A stretch of 64,000 nt of DNA, from the NCBI GenBank assembly GCA_964106915.2, contig OZ066916.1; one strand, 5' to 3'. Of the stretch, positions 13,251-28,153 are shown piece by piece. The DNA is from Podarcis gaigeae (lineage: Eukaryota). The position numbers and the translations under genes were made by a program. The notes under the pieces are model-generated. The model was given only the letters and a program-made list of their open reading frames with translations. It searched no databases and had not been told where the DNA came from. The first letter of the stretch is position 1. Each line of letters starts with the position of its first letter.

Positions 13251-13616
13251 AAGGTAAAGGTAAAGGTACCCCTGCCCGTACGGGCCAGTCTTGACAGACT
13301 CTGGGGTTGTGCACCCATCTCACTCAAGAGGCCAGGGGCCAGCGCTGTCCGGAGACACTTCCGGGTCACGTGGCCAGCGTGACATCGCTGCTCTGGCCAG
13401 AGCCAGAGCCGCACACGGAAACGCCGTTTACCTTCCCGCTGGTAAGCGGTCCCTATTTATCTACTTGCACCCGGAGGTGCTTTCGAACTGCTAGGTTGGC
13501 AGGCGCTGGGACCGAGCAGCGGGAGCGCACCCTGCCGCAGGCATTCGAACCGCCGACCTTTTGATCGGCAAGTCCTAGGCGCTGAGGCTTTAACCCACAG
13601 CGCCACCTGCGTCCCG
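13251..13616 (-). mobile_element. Sauria SINE, young subfamily C, full length
   Basis: 13-bp TSD TGCTTGTAAATTA (13238-13250, 13617-13629); CpG-rich; near-identical to the copies at 26751, 34415 and 44294. Confidence 0.96.
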
Positions 13617-16600
13617 TGCTTGTAAATTAGCATGAGATTATAAAAGCCTATTACTGGGCATGTAGAGGGGCAGTATTTTTCAGCAGCATCAAGCTATCCA
13701 ATAGAGAGAATGCATGAGATCCACAGATGCTATAAAGCAGCAGCCCACAGAACACACAAACCTATTATTAAAGCACACATTTCTCAAAACATGGTTATTT
13801 TATACTGCAGAAAAGTAAACAAGGCTGAATTGGCTGAATTTTCTGAGCTTTTATACATCATCACTATGATATTAGAAGCCAGAAAATTGTGGTGTGTGTG
13901 TGTGGCTGTTATTCAGAGATTATCACACAGCACTAAAATAAAAGCACTGAATACACTCATCTTGTCCTTCCTTTGAAAAGCTTTCAGGAAAAATAATCAC
14001 AACAAAAATAAATACATCAATTTTGTATCACAGGTACAACAAGTGGAAGATCCTAATTTGACACAGACCGAATTACAGCACAACAGGTAAGTAACTCGTT
14101 GCATTACTTGAAAATACTTGGGACTGTAGTCGTACAGAGAACACACAGGAAATGCTCCCTCAGTCCTTGTCCACATAAGCAAACTTTCAACGAAAGAAAA
14201 GAAAACATGTACATACCTTACAAAGATAGTACTTCACTTTCTTTTATGAACTAAAAGCCACAAGGGAACAATGGCAAACAGAGGGGTCAGCGGCCTGAAG
14301 GAATATGGTCTGACAGGTCCAGTTGCTGTTTGTAATATTTGCATTTTGCAAATAAAGGAGGACGAAGTCCCTGTTTTTGGTAGCATTTTGGAAATTAAAT
14401 ATCAACACTATAATTTTTATTAACTAGAAAGCATCCAGTGTGAAACTAGTAGCCAGCATGGAACTACCTGAGTATACTAGCATCTCATCACTTTGGTATT
14501 TGGAGGTGACTGCACTGGGAGGAAGTGAGCATCAGAAGTGTCTCACAGTTGTCCAGCAGTTGGTATTGTTAGGTAAAGTTTTAACTCTGGCTGGAGTCAC
14601 TGTAAACTAGTGGGAAGCAATGTGATCCTCAGTCTAATTTTGTGAGACAGCTTGAGCCTAAACTTAAAAGTCTGGTAAGAGCAATTTGTTCCTTTCCTGG
14701 TAGTCCACTGGATAAGAAAGGAAGAGAGAGGGAGATAGAAGAGGAAGGGAGGAATGAAGGGAGGGAGGGAGGGAAGGAGGCAAAAAGGTGGCAATTTTGG
14801 CTCTGGCCCTACCCATCACTAGCCTTGTCTCAACCAATAGTTACCATCTGAGCCTTGAGAGATCACTCTCAAAGGAATGTGGTCCTCACAGAAAAAAGAC
14901 TGCCCATCCTTGCTGTTTGCCCTGATGCCATGTCAAACATACCGTAGTTGTTCTGTTTTAAATGAGAAGTGGCTGTTACAGAGAAGGGTTGTTCTGATTG
15001 CTAAAAAGTGGGTCTCTCTGTGATGTCAACAGACACATCTGGGTTAAGATATGAGCTAAACAGAATGTATGACCCATAGCTGCCAAGTAGCCATATCAAC
15101 CTAGAATCAATTCAAATGTTTAAAATAGAGCATGTGAATCTCCTGGGTCTGTACCACAGATTGAAGCTACATGTTTTAATACATTCCCACACCCTGCCCC
15201 AAGTAAACTTGCTTTCACATAAAACAGCACCTGTGCCAGTCGTCACATGTAAAAACCTGAAGCTTGGCTTGTTTGAAAATTCCCTTTATGGCTATTTGGG
15301 GTGGTATCGGAAGCAGTGAAAGGATGTTGCTCTTGAATAAAATCCATTTCAATATGTACTTCGGTGTACAAGTCACATAATGAAACAACTTGACACTGAC
15401 CTTTAAGGTAACTGTGTATGGAACATCTTCATACATAGAACAAAACAAAACACATTTCAGGTTTTTTATACTATCAATGAACCACAAGGATTTCATCTTT
15501 GTGAGACTGACTCAGCACAGGAATTTTCCCAAGACAGACATACAAATGTGTTGTAGAAGCTTACTGCTGTGAGATTACAAACAAGTGAACCTCAGGAGGT
15601 TTTTGCAAACTTTAAGAGACTAACTGTGGTTTACAAAAGTAGGCTGCAATTCACTCTTTACTGTGCTTTGCACCAATATAGTCCTCCAAGGGCTATTCAA
15701 TTTTTCAAAATGTTGTTGAAGGGCCTTCTGATCATTTGTCTCCAAGAGCTAAATCAAAACTCCCCACTGGCATCCTTATGCATTCATCCAATTGTTTCCT
15801 TAACATAAAAAACAACAAAAAGAGCTATGTGTTTAATTTGATATGTTCTCTCACTTTTGGGTATATTGGTTTTCTCACTGGCACTCCTGTAGCTGGGAAA
15901 AAATCTCCCGAACAGACCATGAATAGGAAACACTGCCGACTTACAAAATTAAATGAGAGGATTGGATTATGTCACTTTCTCATTTAAATTACGGGAAGAA
16001 ATCCGCACCACGGAGGTGGTGAATGCAATTCTAGGGGTTAGCCTGCAAACAAACATGCTTTCAAATGTGGCTGCTGGAGGTCTTCATTTGAACTTGCCAT
16101 GGCTTATCCTGAACTGTAAACAGCGTTGTTCAACCTCTTTTAATTTACAGCATCAGTAGGAAGTTTTGACTAGTAGTGACAATTCTTCCCTGTGAGGGTG
16201 GTGGGCCCATTCGGGCAGCCTGCCCTCAGAGACTGATGGAGCCTGACATGCTGCTTTCTTCACCTTGAGTGACAGTGCTGTGTATCCAAAGGTGACTTGT
16301 TAAGTAACGCTGTGAGATCATTGCCCCATGAGATTCCTGATTGGATCAGGCAGCGGGGGAGAGAAAATAGCATGTTAAAAGCAGTTGAAGGATGGTGGAA
16401 GTGGCTATAAACAGCCATGATAAACTGAAAAAGGCTTTTCCCCCCCCCGCCAGGGGGTGAAACCTTTTCATCTTAAAAAATAAATCATGGGTAAAAATAT
16501 GGCATGACCCTAGGACCAATTTTAACATGCTTATACTCTGCCCATGGTAGTCTCTGCTGGCAATTTAAAACAACTGAAGATCTGTCTCATAACTGCTCTT

Positions 16601-18702
16601 GTGGCATAGGAAGAAAGACATTTATAAGAAGCTGCCTTATACAGAGTCAGATCAACAATATTTCTAGTTGAAAGTAAGTTGGATCAGTCCCATTCAATAA
16701 TCTGACTGCCTTGGTGTTTTTTCTGTCCAAGTACTAACATGACTGACACTTGTCCATAGATACCAGAAAAGGTTAAAAACCTCTGAAAGTGCTGTAAGCT
16801 GTAAGAAGCTTTGCTGCTTGAAGCCAAGTGTCTGGTTTTCACATTCGTATTCCTTGCTAATTGTTTTTGATATAAAACAACAGCAGGGATCCTTTCAGCC
16901 AGAATGTTGCTTGTCATTTATGCTAGACAGTACAGCTTCTGTCTCTTCATTTCTTTGAAAGCTTAAAGGCAGTCGAGGGAAGAATTTGCTTACTTCTTAC
17001 TCTCACAAGCACCAAGCTAGAGCAGATAAGGCTAAAATATTTCACGGAGAGACCATGGAAGTGGTGCCTTATTTTTGACATTTAATTCATTGAAAAAATA
17101 TGGATTAATGATCACAAAGCATCTTAACCAAAGGTACAGAACATAGGGATGAGCAGCTGTTTGGATGTCTTCCTTGGCTGCAAATCCTACCTTCTGCAGC
17201 CGTGCTTGATGCCCATAGATGATCTCTTGGCTGTCTCTGAGTATGGAGTTGGAATGGAACGGTGCCATATGAACACATGCGCTGTCTAAATTACTTGGCA
17301 CCTCACCCCAAACAAAACTATCCAAGTGACCATAGATTTAGACAGGCAGCATATATAAAATTGAAAATGTTGGCTTCTCAGTAGAAAACTTGGTCCTTTG
17401 TGGCAAGGATGAAAAATTGACTTTGTGGGCATTGCTGAGTGTGTTTGCACCTGTTGGCATTTAGACAGTAAAGTAACAACAACTGCTTTCTGTGCAGTTT
17501 CAGAATGATGGGCAAAACAGGTTTCATCTCACCACAACCTTCTGTAGTGTGTTGCATGTGTACATCTTGAGGGTAATTTTTAACATGTAAACAAACAAAT
17601 GCCATTCTTAGAGTGGATTCACACATTTAGCTTTGAATGATCAAACACATGGAGTAGAGTCCCATTTGCACTAGCTTCTAAAAACAAAGAATAGATTGAC
17701 TTTCCTGCACTGTGAATGTTCCAGTATGTTTTTTTTGGTCCCACTTTGTTGTGCTGTGGTGCAAGAGTGCCCCTCCAAATTGGAGAAGCATTGCAGAACA
17801 ACTAATAAAGCCACTATTGAATCAATTACATGTTGCAGAATCCACTGGCAAAAAAAACACCACTCAGGAGGGACTCAGGTCGTGCTTGTGAATTTCCCAT
17901 AGGCCACTAAGAAAACAGGAAGCTAAACTACATAAGACCTCTGGCCTGATCCAGCAGGGCTCTTCTTATGTTCTTGTTCTTTGGTTTGCTACAACCCTTT
18001 GGGTTCTGATGGATTATCCTTCCTTTAGAGGCCAGAATAGGCAAAGAGGAACCTGATTATACGTGTTTCGTCCCTCGCTAGAGGATAACGTATGACTAAT
18101 CCCCAGACCTGATTTTGAATCAGGAAGGAGGGTGGCAGACTCCTTGTTTTCTCTCACCAGCCTTATTAAGTGTTCAGAAAACAAGCGTGTTTCCCATTTA
18201 ACCTAGGACCTTGCAAACCTTCTAAGGAGATGATCTGAGAGCAGCATGTCTTCATTCACATGCACAACACCTCAGTCACAGCCTACATCAACTAGCGGAG
18301 AACAATAACACCCTTGTCCTTGCATCAGAAGACTGCGCAGAAGAGAATATGGTTCATTATTCAAGTAGGGGACCGAAGGCTAAAGAATTGCCTTCTGACA
18401 TCATGAGAAAAATGACATTGCTTCTACAGCAGGAAGGAGAGAAGAGAAAGAGCCCATGTGTCTCAAAGGATTAAATGCAAGGGATTAAAAGCAACATTTG
18501 ACCAAGGTTCTTATTCCAACTCAACCATCAACCTAGCACTCATGCCCAAACACGCACATGGAAACAACAGCCTGTGTACACATCAAAGCCCTAGCTCTTG
18601 ACACAGACACAAAGTCACATCAGAACTCAGTAGGCAAGTTCAGTTTTACATTTCCAAGTTGGTGGACTTTTTTAATGACACATTTGTTTGTTTCTATCCT
18701 GC

Positions 18703-18888
18703 CTTGCCTCCAAGGAGATCAAAGCAACATGTCTTCCCTTCCCCAGTTTTATCATCACAGCAATCTTATGAGATAGGTTAAGCTAAGACGCAGTGACTGG
18801 CTCAAAGTCACCCAGAGAGCTTTTTGGCTGACTGAGGATTTGAACCTGTACCTTCTCAATCCTAGACCAACACTCTAGCCATACTACA
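18703..18888 (-). mobile_element. Old tRNA-derived MIR/CORE-like SINE (related fragment near 43960-44090)
   Basis: TTTTATCATCACAGCAATCTTATGAGATAGG...AAAGTCACCCAG...GGATTTGAACC pattern. Confidence 0.6.
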
Positions 18889-21824
18889 TTTGTTACACAG
18901 GGAAGGGGAAAAAATGCTTTCCCCTGGAAAATCTGGTCATGCGGAAGAAACAAAATAGCTATGAGACTTTAAATCTTCTCTGGCTTGCAGAAAAGAAAAA
19001 CAAATCTGCGAGGGCTCAAGAAAATCTCCCACAGTTTTCTCCACTCTGGAGGAAGTGATTAAGGGCGACTATGAGAAGCAATGGTTCTGATACTGTGTAT
19101 AAAAGCTGTCCGAGCCAAGCAGCAGAAGACCCACTGAACTGTGTCACAGGTAGCTGCTTATTAGTCACACAGTGATCAATTCTGAGAGTGCTAGAAATAT
19201 AGAGGAATTAGCGTGTGTATTCTCTCCACCACCCTCCTCCCTGACTCTAACTGGGGCAATCCATAATTACAATGAAATGAAATCATGCTTCACAGTTTCA
19301 CATCAGCTGCGAGGATGCTGCCTAGCCGCTCTTGGTTTGTTGGATTTGTTTAAAAAATACACACCACTGAACAGAGGAACCTCCCGACAAAATGTAAAAA
19401 CTGAAGAGAAAACTTATAAGAAGGAAAAACATTAGGTAAGCCAAGGTGAACTGACTAATACAAACTGCACATTTAACTCTAATTAAGTGGCAAGGCACAA
19501 AAGGAGGGGGGAACACATTAGGCCTGTCTGTTAATTAACTTGGATGATGCCAGAGAGCAAAGTAACCTGAAGAAAAGCCAGAAACGCTCAATAAACCAAT
19601 GCAGTTAATTATTAGAGAGCAGTGGCCCTTTTGGCACATTTCAGCTATAAGAGGGTACAATTTCAAGCCATATTATATATGTATACATATACACAAGCAC
19701 AGCAAAACACACTGAGTATACCACATGAGGATTATCTAGCTGAATGGCTGACAGGCCCAATCCCCCATGACAGGGACAAAAGTGGGTGACTGGAATAAAT
19801 CTGCAACTGCCGCAGTTTCCCCAGTCGGCTTCCCTGTAGCAGCAGAATCATTGAGGATTTTTGCTGTGCACCCTTACTCTTCTGGGCCAGAACCTGGGAC
19901 AAATGTCCCCTTCATCCAATGGAGGGTACAACCTAACCTGTGGCTTAGGGTGATCATGCAATGAAATAGCACAAGCTTACTTCTGTTACCTCAACGTAGC
20001 TGGCCCAGAAGCCAGTGTCTGCATGTACACCCCCCAGCTAGATGAGGAAATGCAACTGTTGGGAAATGGAATATTAATAATGATCATAGGCAGTATTTGG
20101 AAACAGGTGCTCCGGCATAAAGATTACCACCCATTCAACAGGATTTCCCCTCTGTGCCATCCTCAAATTTGCTCTAGTGGACTGGGGTGAACCTCAGAAC
20201 AATATCTGGGGGGGGGAGGGCGAGGAGAGGGGAGGGGAGGGGAATATTGTTCCATCATGCAAAGGAAGTCCTTGTGCTGATGGAACAATTGCTTAATGCA
20301 GTGTTAATCTGGAACTGTAGCAAAATGTTGCCATGTAGTAGCTTTGGTTCAGGAGGCATCTGGCTGGACACCATGAGAACATGCTGAACTAGATGGTGTT
20401 TTGCTATGTTCCAGCAGTGATCTTCTGACCACAGAAGTCACCTATTCCAACCTGCTGCTGAGATGCAATGCTGAAACACCCCTGACTTCCAATGAAGGGT
20501 ACAAGAACCTGCTTTATATTAGCTCACTAACACACCTACTCCAGTCTCATCCCTAAAGAGATATGGTTCTGAAGGGCTTCTCCTATGCTTGCCACATGAA
20601 AGGCATTTTTTTTTCATAGTTAAGATGCCCAGAGCTGAACCTGGGACTTCATGCATTCAAAGCCAAGGTCATATCATACATAGATACAATTATTATGCAG
20701 ACCTTCCCTATGTATATGGAGCCCCTTGGCGTTCAGTGCCACATGGATCCAATAATGCGCATTGACTTTTTTTTTTGGGGGGGGGGGAATAGGGATGTTA
20801 TTTGTGGGAAAACTTGTCCGATAAAGTTATCAGTCATTGCAGTGTTATTTGTTACATACCAGAAGTGGCCTTAATAGTGCCAGTTTCCTGCACACTGAAG
20901 GTTTTCTTGGCTGAAGAAACAAGAGGGATCTTCTTTATAGTGCAGTTGAATTGAGGGTATTTTGGTATTTGAGAAACAAGAGAGCACATTGAGAGTATAA
21001 CCCAAACAAACAAGGGATTCAGTTTCTTGTTTCCTGAGCAAAATGAGACAAGGGCCATAAGGGTGGCTTTAAAGGAAGATTGAGTCCCTGAGTCCCTGAT
21101 ATGAAGCGATGTTGCAAAGCATTTGTGAGTTTGTCCGGAATATTTCCTATATGCCAGTCCCAGAGATATGCATAGCTATGACAGTGCTTAAGAAAGCCCC
21201 ACACCAATGTAGCGATAGGAGTCTCCTGGGCATTGGCAGGTAGGACAAGTAAGCTGTGCTGTGCTGCCTCTCAGTCCTAAAAGGTCTGAGGCATGCATGG
21301 CTCTGGCAGCATGATTTAACCCAAGTGGCTTTAGAATAAATTTGAATACTCCATAGTTCTGACAAGAGAGGTTTGAATTATTATTGGACCTCTGAACATT
21401 GTTTATCCTCTGCCCATAGATGTCTGTCAACCTTAGATAGTTTCATCTTAATTTCAAAGGAGGAATGTGCAAGACATCCCTCCCATTTGTTATTTAATTT
21501 ATTTTTTGTTAATTAACCCCCCCCCCCAACCCTCATCACTTTCAGTATACACTGGTTCAAATGTAATATATTTCAGTACCTTGTTTCAACTCCATTTCAT
21601 TACTCACATTTGTTACCGGTTTTTCACTTTTTGACGCTGTGACAGCAACTGAGCTGACCAGCAGCCCACTGGTAGCTGCCATGTTCCACACAGGATGCAG
21701 CTATTTCTTCTTTGGAATTCTGGGAGAAATGTCTACCACCAGCAGCAGCCACCAATTCACTTCCTGCTGACACCACCAGAGATTAAATAAGACCCTTCAG
21801 CCACTCTAAATGGGTGTGAAAGAG

Positions 21825-21962
21825 CAGTGCTATTTTTCTAGAAAAAGAGGTGCCATAACTCACCATGAACACCTCCCTTATTCTCTTAGAATGGCAATGG
21901 CGCCCACCTGAGAGGTGCCGGAACTGATTTCTGGTCAGTTCTGACTGGGGGAAAAAGCCCTG
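21825..21962. mobile_element. Non-autonomous DNA element (hAT-like)
   Basis: Ends CAGTGCTATTTTTC and GAAAAAGCCCTG; flanks TGAAAGAG / TGAGTGAG (6/8); second copy at 7372-7507. Confidence 0.7.
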
Positions 21963-22495
21963 TGAGTGAGGAACAAATGGATATGAATCGGAGTCACCAT
22001 TTCTCTCTACATTCACTGTTAAGAATAAATATAACTGGAACTGAACTGGACCCATTTGGTTCATTTTCTTCTTTTGTTCTGGAATGAATGCACACCCTAT
22101 ATAACATGAAATACACCCATCATTCTTCGATCTTTCATATCTTCAAGCTGGTGCCACATCATTACCATCATTTCCCATCTGCTTTGCAGAGTACAGCTCG
22201 TAAGTACAGTACTTAGTGGGGAGTATTTTTATGTCATTTTGTATATGACAGGTGGGAAGAAAAAGTTTACATTTCCCACCAAGTTACAGTTAGGAGTCCC
22301 GAATGATTCTCCCCATATTATTTGCCAGAACAAAGTGACTGTTTTCTACAGAGGAAGAGCTTCCTTATCACAGCAGATGGAAAGTAAACTGCTATGACCA
22401 GACTGTTGACAAACATCTGAAATAAATTAATGGACTGAGTTTTTGGATTTCTTCAAATGATGCCACAGAGTAAGTGGTGGGGAGGAATGCAGCTT

Positions 22496-22660
22496 GGGAA
22501 GGAACACAGCTCAGTGCTCTGCATGCAGAAGGTCAATGGTTCAATCCAGGCATCTCGAGGGGCTGGAAGAGACCCCTGCCTGAAACCCTGGAGAGCTGCC
22601 ACTAATGAGTGTGGACAATACTGGGTCAGATGGACCAATGGCCTGAAATGGTAAGACTTC
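22496..22660 (+). mobile_element. Squam3-like tRNA-derived SINE (fragments also near 1150-1220, 16615-16655 and 20620-20665)
   Basis: AGCTCAGTG...TGCATGCAGAAGGTC...GGTTCAATCC head, then GCCTGAAACCCTGGAGAGC...GACAATACTG...AGATGGACCAATGG. Confidence 0.8.
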
Positions 22661-25600
22661 GCATGAGCAGAGATTTTTGCCCCCAGTTCATTGTTGAGGC
22701 AAAGGATAAATGAACCACAAGAAAAGAAGAAAACACTGGACACAAGCTCATTTTGTCCCCAGCATAACGGAATGAAGAAATTTTGGATCTTGCATATCAT
22801 TAACATAGACAAGGACTGGTACTTTCAGAGTTCAGTTTGCTGTAAACAAGTATTTTATCTAGCTGGGAATTGACTTCTGAAAGCTCCTTTGCTACTTATA
22901 GTTTGCATGTAGAGTCGATGGAATTGTTAATTAATATTTTGTTATTCGGGAGTGTCATGTGCCAATAGCTGGGCATGACTTTTGAAAGATGGAATGGGAA
23001 TGAATGGAAATGGTCAGAATTCTTTTCCACTACCCATCCCTGCTAGAAGCACTGAATAACTCTAGAAGTAGAGTTCATGTATGCATTGGATCACAGGTGA
23101 GGTAGCTGCCCCACATCTCTGATCCAAACTGATAACTGATTTCAGCAAGAGCTTACATGCAAAGAATATCTGTAATAGAGACTGTCTGCATGGCAAGTGC
23201 ATCTGGGTATATGATATGTGGGCATCAACTTTGTGGTTCCTGTAGCACTATAACAAGGTATGAAAAAGTTTCAAGGTACTATTTACAAGTATCCTTGTCC
23301 TTAACCATAGACCCAAAGGTATGCCCAAGAAGGATGCCAAAGATGCCAGAGTGATCCATTCTAGAGCTTATTAAGAAAGCTGTAGACTTCTGCCAGGTCC
23401 CATAGCCTTTTGCGCATGTGGAACGGACACCAGAGCAAGGAGATGGCTTGATCGCAACCAAGCAAATGTGTATACATTCTTTATACACAAAACAGCATGT
23501 GTCATGTTGCCTGGGACTTTCCATCGCTTCACCTGCCCAGATAAGGGCATAGGTGGCAAATAACCAAGTCTTACAGATACTTTCCCGTTCTGGGCTCAGA
23601 GCCCAGAACCCCAAACCTACAGATAAGGATAACACCAAAGCAAGCCAAGTAAATATAAGCATATATGAGCTCATTGCTACAACCACAGCCAATTAATTGT
23701 GGGGTTATCTTCACCACCATGATGGCATTCTACAACAAGACATAGGGAAAAATACAAGTCTTCAAGCAGATCTACCAGTATCGTTTTACAAAGAAAAATC
23801 TCATTTCATTTCAGAACCAGTTAGCAATTAAATGTGTTAATCGCTTTAACTTGCCCCAAGGCAAAGTGACTTACCACCAAACTGATAATACTGTTATTCA
23901 TAGGTGATTTTATTTCAACTTTCAGTAATCAAGGGGGTTTGCTTAAAATTTGCATATATTTCTGGGACATTGGTCTGTTTCTGTACAGACCTGCATTCTC
24001 CCATTTGGCTGGTTTCGAAAATGACCACATATCGTTACATAATGGTGAGGGTTTTTAAAAATATAAATATTTCACAATGGGTTCCCAAGTGTAAGTGGCA
24101 TCTGAATTCTGATCCTGCAACCAAAATGTTGGCTGTGAGAACACAACAAATCTAAAAATGCACCAATTTTATGATTTCCATTAGAGACTGGGGAGCATAT
24201 TATATTTATCAGATGAAAATCCCAGAGACCATCCACCTCAGATTTCATTAAACAGCTAAAGGTATACAAATGTACAGCATCATTTTTTTCAGATTGTATG
24301 TTAATGATCACTAAAGCTGGCAAGGTGCTTTCATGCACTTTGTGTGCCATCATAATCAATCATCTTTATTTTAGTGTTTCCATGATAAACCAGCAATATC
24401 CATCTGTGAAGTAGAAAACTGGGTGCCTTTGTAACAGGGATGCTGCTGAAATTTTGTTTGTTTTATGTTTTGAATTTAACCAAGTCAAGAAAAAGCTCAG
24501 AAAATCTTCCCTCAGGGTTAAATAGTGGAAGATCACTATCACAATTATATCAAAGCCTTTATTCATCAATTTTTTTTTAAAGTTCTGAAAAAATGTTTTA
24601 CCCGCATATTTGAGAAGGAAAGTGATTGATATCTCAAAGCCCCCCGCCTGTATATTTCACAGATGGAATCTAACTGGATGGTGGAATCGATAATGGAGCT
24701 TGTCACAACTTGGTCATGGGTTCAAATCTAGTTTAATTATTCTGATTTACAACTGCAAAGTGGCTTATGTGAAATGAGTTCACTGCACAGCTATAGTTAG
24801 TATGGTTCCTAAAGCGGGTTCATGCCAGAAATAGCAACTTTATCAGGGTCAGATCAACACTGTAGTGAGAATGAGGACCAAACTAGCATTTTCACTCTAG
24901 AGATGGTCAACATTATGGGGGGGGGGGTCTGTTTCTGATGATAAAGGGAGCCATTCAGTCACAGACTTCTCCAGCCATTGGAATCCCACATAAGCTCTTG
25001 CCAATGGAAATGGATGCCATTTTTGCCAATCCCCTCTCCAACTTCTAGCCTTCGGTCCCCCTGAAAACCTGCTCTGGATGGTTAGGGGATCCCCCAGAAC
25101 AGCAAGAAATTGTATAGGGTCTGCAGAAGGGAGGGCCCCTTCTGCTCCCCTTTCTCAAGAGCATCTCCTCTTCTCAAGGCTCTCATAATCACAATATTCT
25201 TTCTGCTGACACGTGGTACAGTTTTGGTTCTAACTCACAATATAGTAATTATTTTTATACTACTATAATACTATGCTTAATACCAATACATTAGTACAAA
25301 ATTGCTGAAGGTCACTATTTCTTATACCCAATAGACAATGCCCGTCAGATAACATGTTGCATTATGGAAGACAGGATTTTGTCTGTCTATACAACTATAC
25401 AACTATTTTTGTATAGCATTAATATCCTGGCATGCTATCAGAACCAATTTAATTGCTGTAGAATTTATCAAATCAGATCCAGCATTCTATTAGCAGGCAA
25501 GGTTTTCCACCCTAACTTTGGTAGATCCTTTAAGAACTAGTACATGAAGGATAGACAATTATCACCACATCTTGAAAAACATACTTTGAAGAGCTCCCAC

Positions 25601-26750
25601 TGGGACCACTGACATTTCTTGTTGTTTGAAGTTAATTACTAGCATGATCTCTGACAAACAATAAAGCAACTTCACTTCTGTAAAAACACAATTTAATAGG
25701 ATAATTCATCTTACTCAGACTGTAGAAGAAGAAGAAAAGAATCTGGTTGCAAGCAACAAACCAGAATATAAGAGCTATGATTTGGCACTAAAGATATGAG
25801 GGAGGGAACACCACTGACGCTCATAGTAAACAGAGTGCAAATTCTTGCGATTTCTCTATAAGGGAAGTTGGAAGGAGACTATCTAGACACATCACCACAC
25901 ATTTAATACCAAACTACAGCACCCACAGAAGAGCTCGGTCTACTAGAGCATGGAGAACAGGGGCAAGCAGATAATTTGGTCACTTGCCATAACATGTTTT
26001 CAAAAATACATACAAATATACTGTAAGTGTTTGCAGGCAATTGGTTTTAGTACAGCACTGACACTGGGCTATATTCCTTGGATCAGTTTCAGGTGACATT
26101 GCCCAGGGATGTGGACAAAATGCTTTGAGAATTGTGATCAATCATATGTGTGCTGGATCTCCACAGTGGAGATGGTTCATAAGCCCAAGATTCAGTACTG
26201 CACTCAACTGGAAAGACAACCTAGGCATTTGGGTCACATATGAACAAGTTTGATGACATTGTTCAATTATCTTATGTAGGAAATTATAAACACAAATAAA
26301 TTATAAGGCTTTTTAAAATGGCAACTAAAAATGAAATTTGGTCATATGAACTTGATAAAGATGTATTTTGGCTGTTAGCTTGAAGATTAATGTTAAGTTT
26401 GGAAGTCATCTCAGCAAGACTAAAATAGCCCAAAGATGCTCTCCGCAAGATCCTATCAGACACAGCATGCACTTAGGTCAGAGAAGCTGCTTCTAGCCAC
26501 CAGCTCCTGGAACATCATCAGTCTTCACTTTAGTAACAACATGTGAATCCCTTGAAACACTGTAGTATTATGAGCCTGCCACAACTCTTAACTTGTCTTA
26601 AGAGCTCCTGTGTGACAGCCACTCCTTCATGTTGATTTGTGTTAAAATGCTATTATATATCAATTCACTGCATTTCTTGTACAAAAAAAAGGTGAGGGTG
26701 AAACCAAGTATGGATTTTCCTTGAATCTATCCAGACACAATATTCTAATA

Positions 26751-27113
26751 AAGGTAAAGGTAAAGGTACCCCTGCCCGTACGGGCCAGTCTTGACAGACT
26801 CTGGGGTTGTGCGCCCATCTCACTTAAGAGGCCAGGGGCCAGCACTGTCCGGAGACACTTCCGGGTCACGTGGCCAGCGTGACATCGCTGCTCTGGCGAG
26901 CCAGAGCTGCACACGGAAACGCCGTTTACCTTCCCGCTAGTAAGCGATCCCTATTTATCTACTTGCACCCAGGGGTGCTTTCGAACTGCTAGGTTGGCAG
27001 GCGCTGGGACCGAGCAATGGGAGCGCACCCCGCCGCGGGGATTCGAACCGCCGACCTTTCGATCGGCAAGCCCTAGGCGCTGAGGCTTTTACCCACAGCG
27101 CCACCCGCGTCCC
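26751..27113 (-). mobile_element. Sauria SINE, young subfamily C, full length
   Basis: 12-bp TSD AATATTCTAATA (26739-26750, 27114-27125); intact GGTTCGAATCC B box. Confidence 0.96.
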
Positions 27114-27620
27114 AATATTCTAATATCTGCTTCCATATAGCCAACTTGCCTTATTAGCACCCACAGAAGTCTCCCTTTCCAGTTAGATTCCAAGACTGGC
27201 ACTAGTATTTCTTTGCTCAAAATACAAACCTCCGTTATGATTGACCCAAAAACTGAGTGGCTCATAATCAAGTATAAAGTGAGCATTATGACCCCTCAGT
27301 TACCTCCTCACTGCTAGACAGCGGATTGCCTTCAGATCCTTCACTTATGAACCTCACATTCTGCTTATCTTGCTGCTGCTCCATAGACAGAACCGAGCAA
27401 GATAGGGAAGTCTTTCCTTCTCTCTTCTTCCCAGAACCTGGCACTTGGCACTGCTTTGATGGTAAGCCATGGATTCCCAGGTGGAGGCAAACAGGTGAGT
27501 GAGTGGAAGAGAAGAGAATGACAGAGGAAGCATAACTTTTTTGGCTTCCTGTAATGTCACTGGGTATGATGGAATCTGATCTGGCTCGTAACTGGACTGG
27601 GGAGAAGATATATTCTGCTT

Positions 27621-27676
27621 TCACTCACTCACTCACTCACTCACTCACTCACTCACTCTCACACACACACACACAC
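27621..27676. repeat. Compound microsatellite (TCAC)n(AC)n
   Basis: Direct reading. Confidence 0.95.
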
Positions 27677-27971
27677 GTACACAGAAAATTTTGGTTTAAC
27701 AGAGCACAATTAAGAAGTGGGGAATGTGTTTTACCCATCAGCATGTTCTGAACAAACATGGTGTAAAAATGTAACATGTTAAAATGTTACATTTCCTGTT
27801 AATTTAGTAAATCTTGCCCACGGATCTCAAAGTACAGAATCAACCCATAGCTGTGTGGAATGTAGGCCTCCATGCCATCACAGGCTCTGGCCATCACAGT
27901 CAATGGCAGCACGTGGAGAGTTGGTGAGCTCTAAGAGTAACAGAAACCAACTGCATCAGTAGGTTCTAAAG

Positions 27972-28153
27972 CACGGGTGCCCAAACTTTTTTCAAAGAGG
28001 GCCAGATTTGATGAAGTGAACATGCTTGAGAGCCAACCAAACTTTTTGAGCTTTTTTATAGGATTTCCCCCAAGAAATAAACTGCTGCAGGGGCCAGATA
28101 AAACCGGCCAGGGGGCCAAATTAGGCCCCCAAAACGGACTTTGGACATGCCTG
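27972..28153. mobile_element. hAT (Charlie-like) MITE
   Basis: Ends CACGGGTGCCCAAA / TTTGGACATGCCTG; 8-bp TSD TTCTAAAG / CTCTAAAG (7/8). Confidence 0.8.

Noticed and set aside
13208-13564. Recurrent short ORFs (EQRCHAGHVTRKCLRT..., also at 26660, 34614 and 44344) as a peptide family
   Set aside because: They are incidental frames in copies of the same non-coding SINE.
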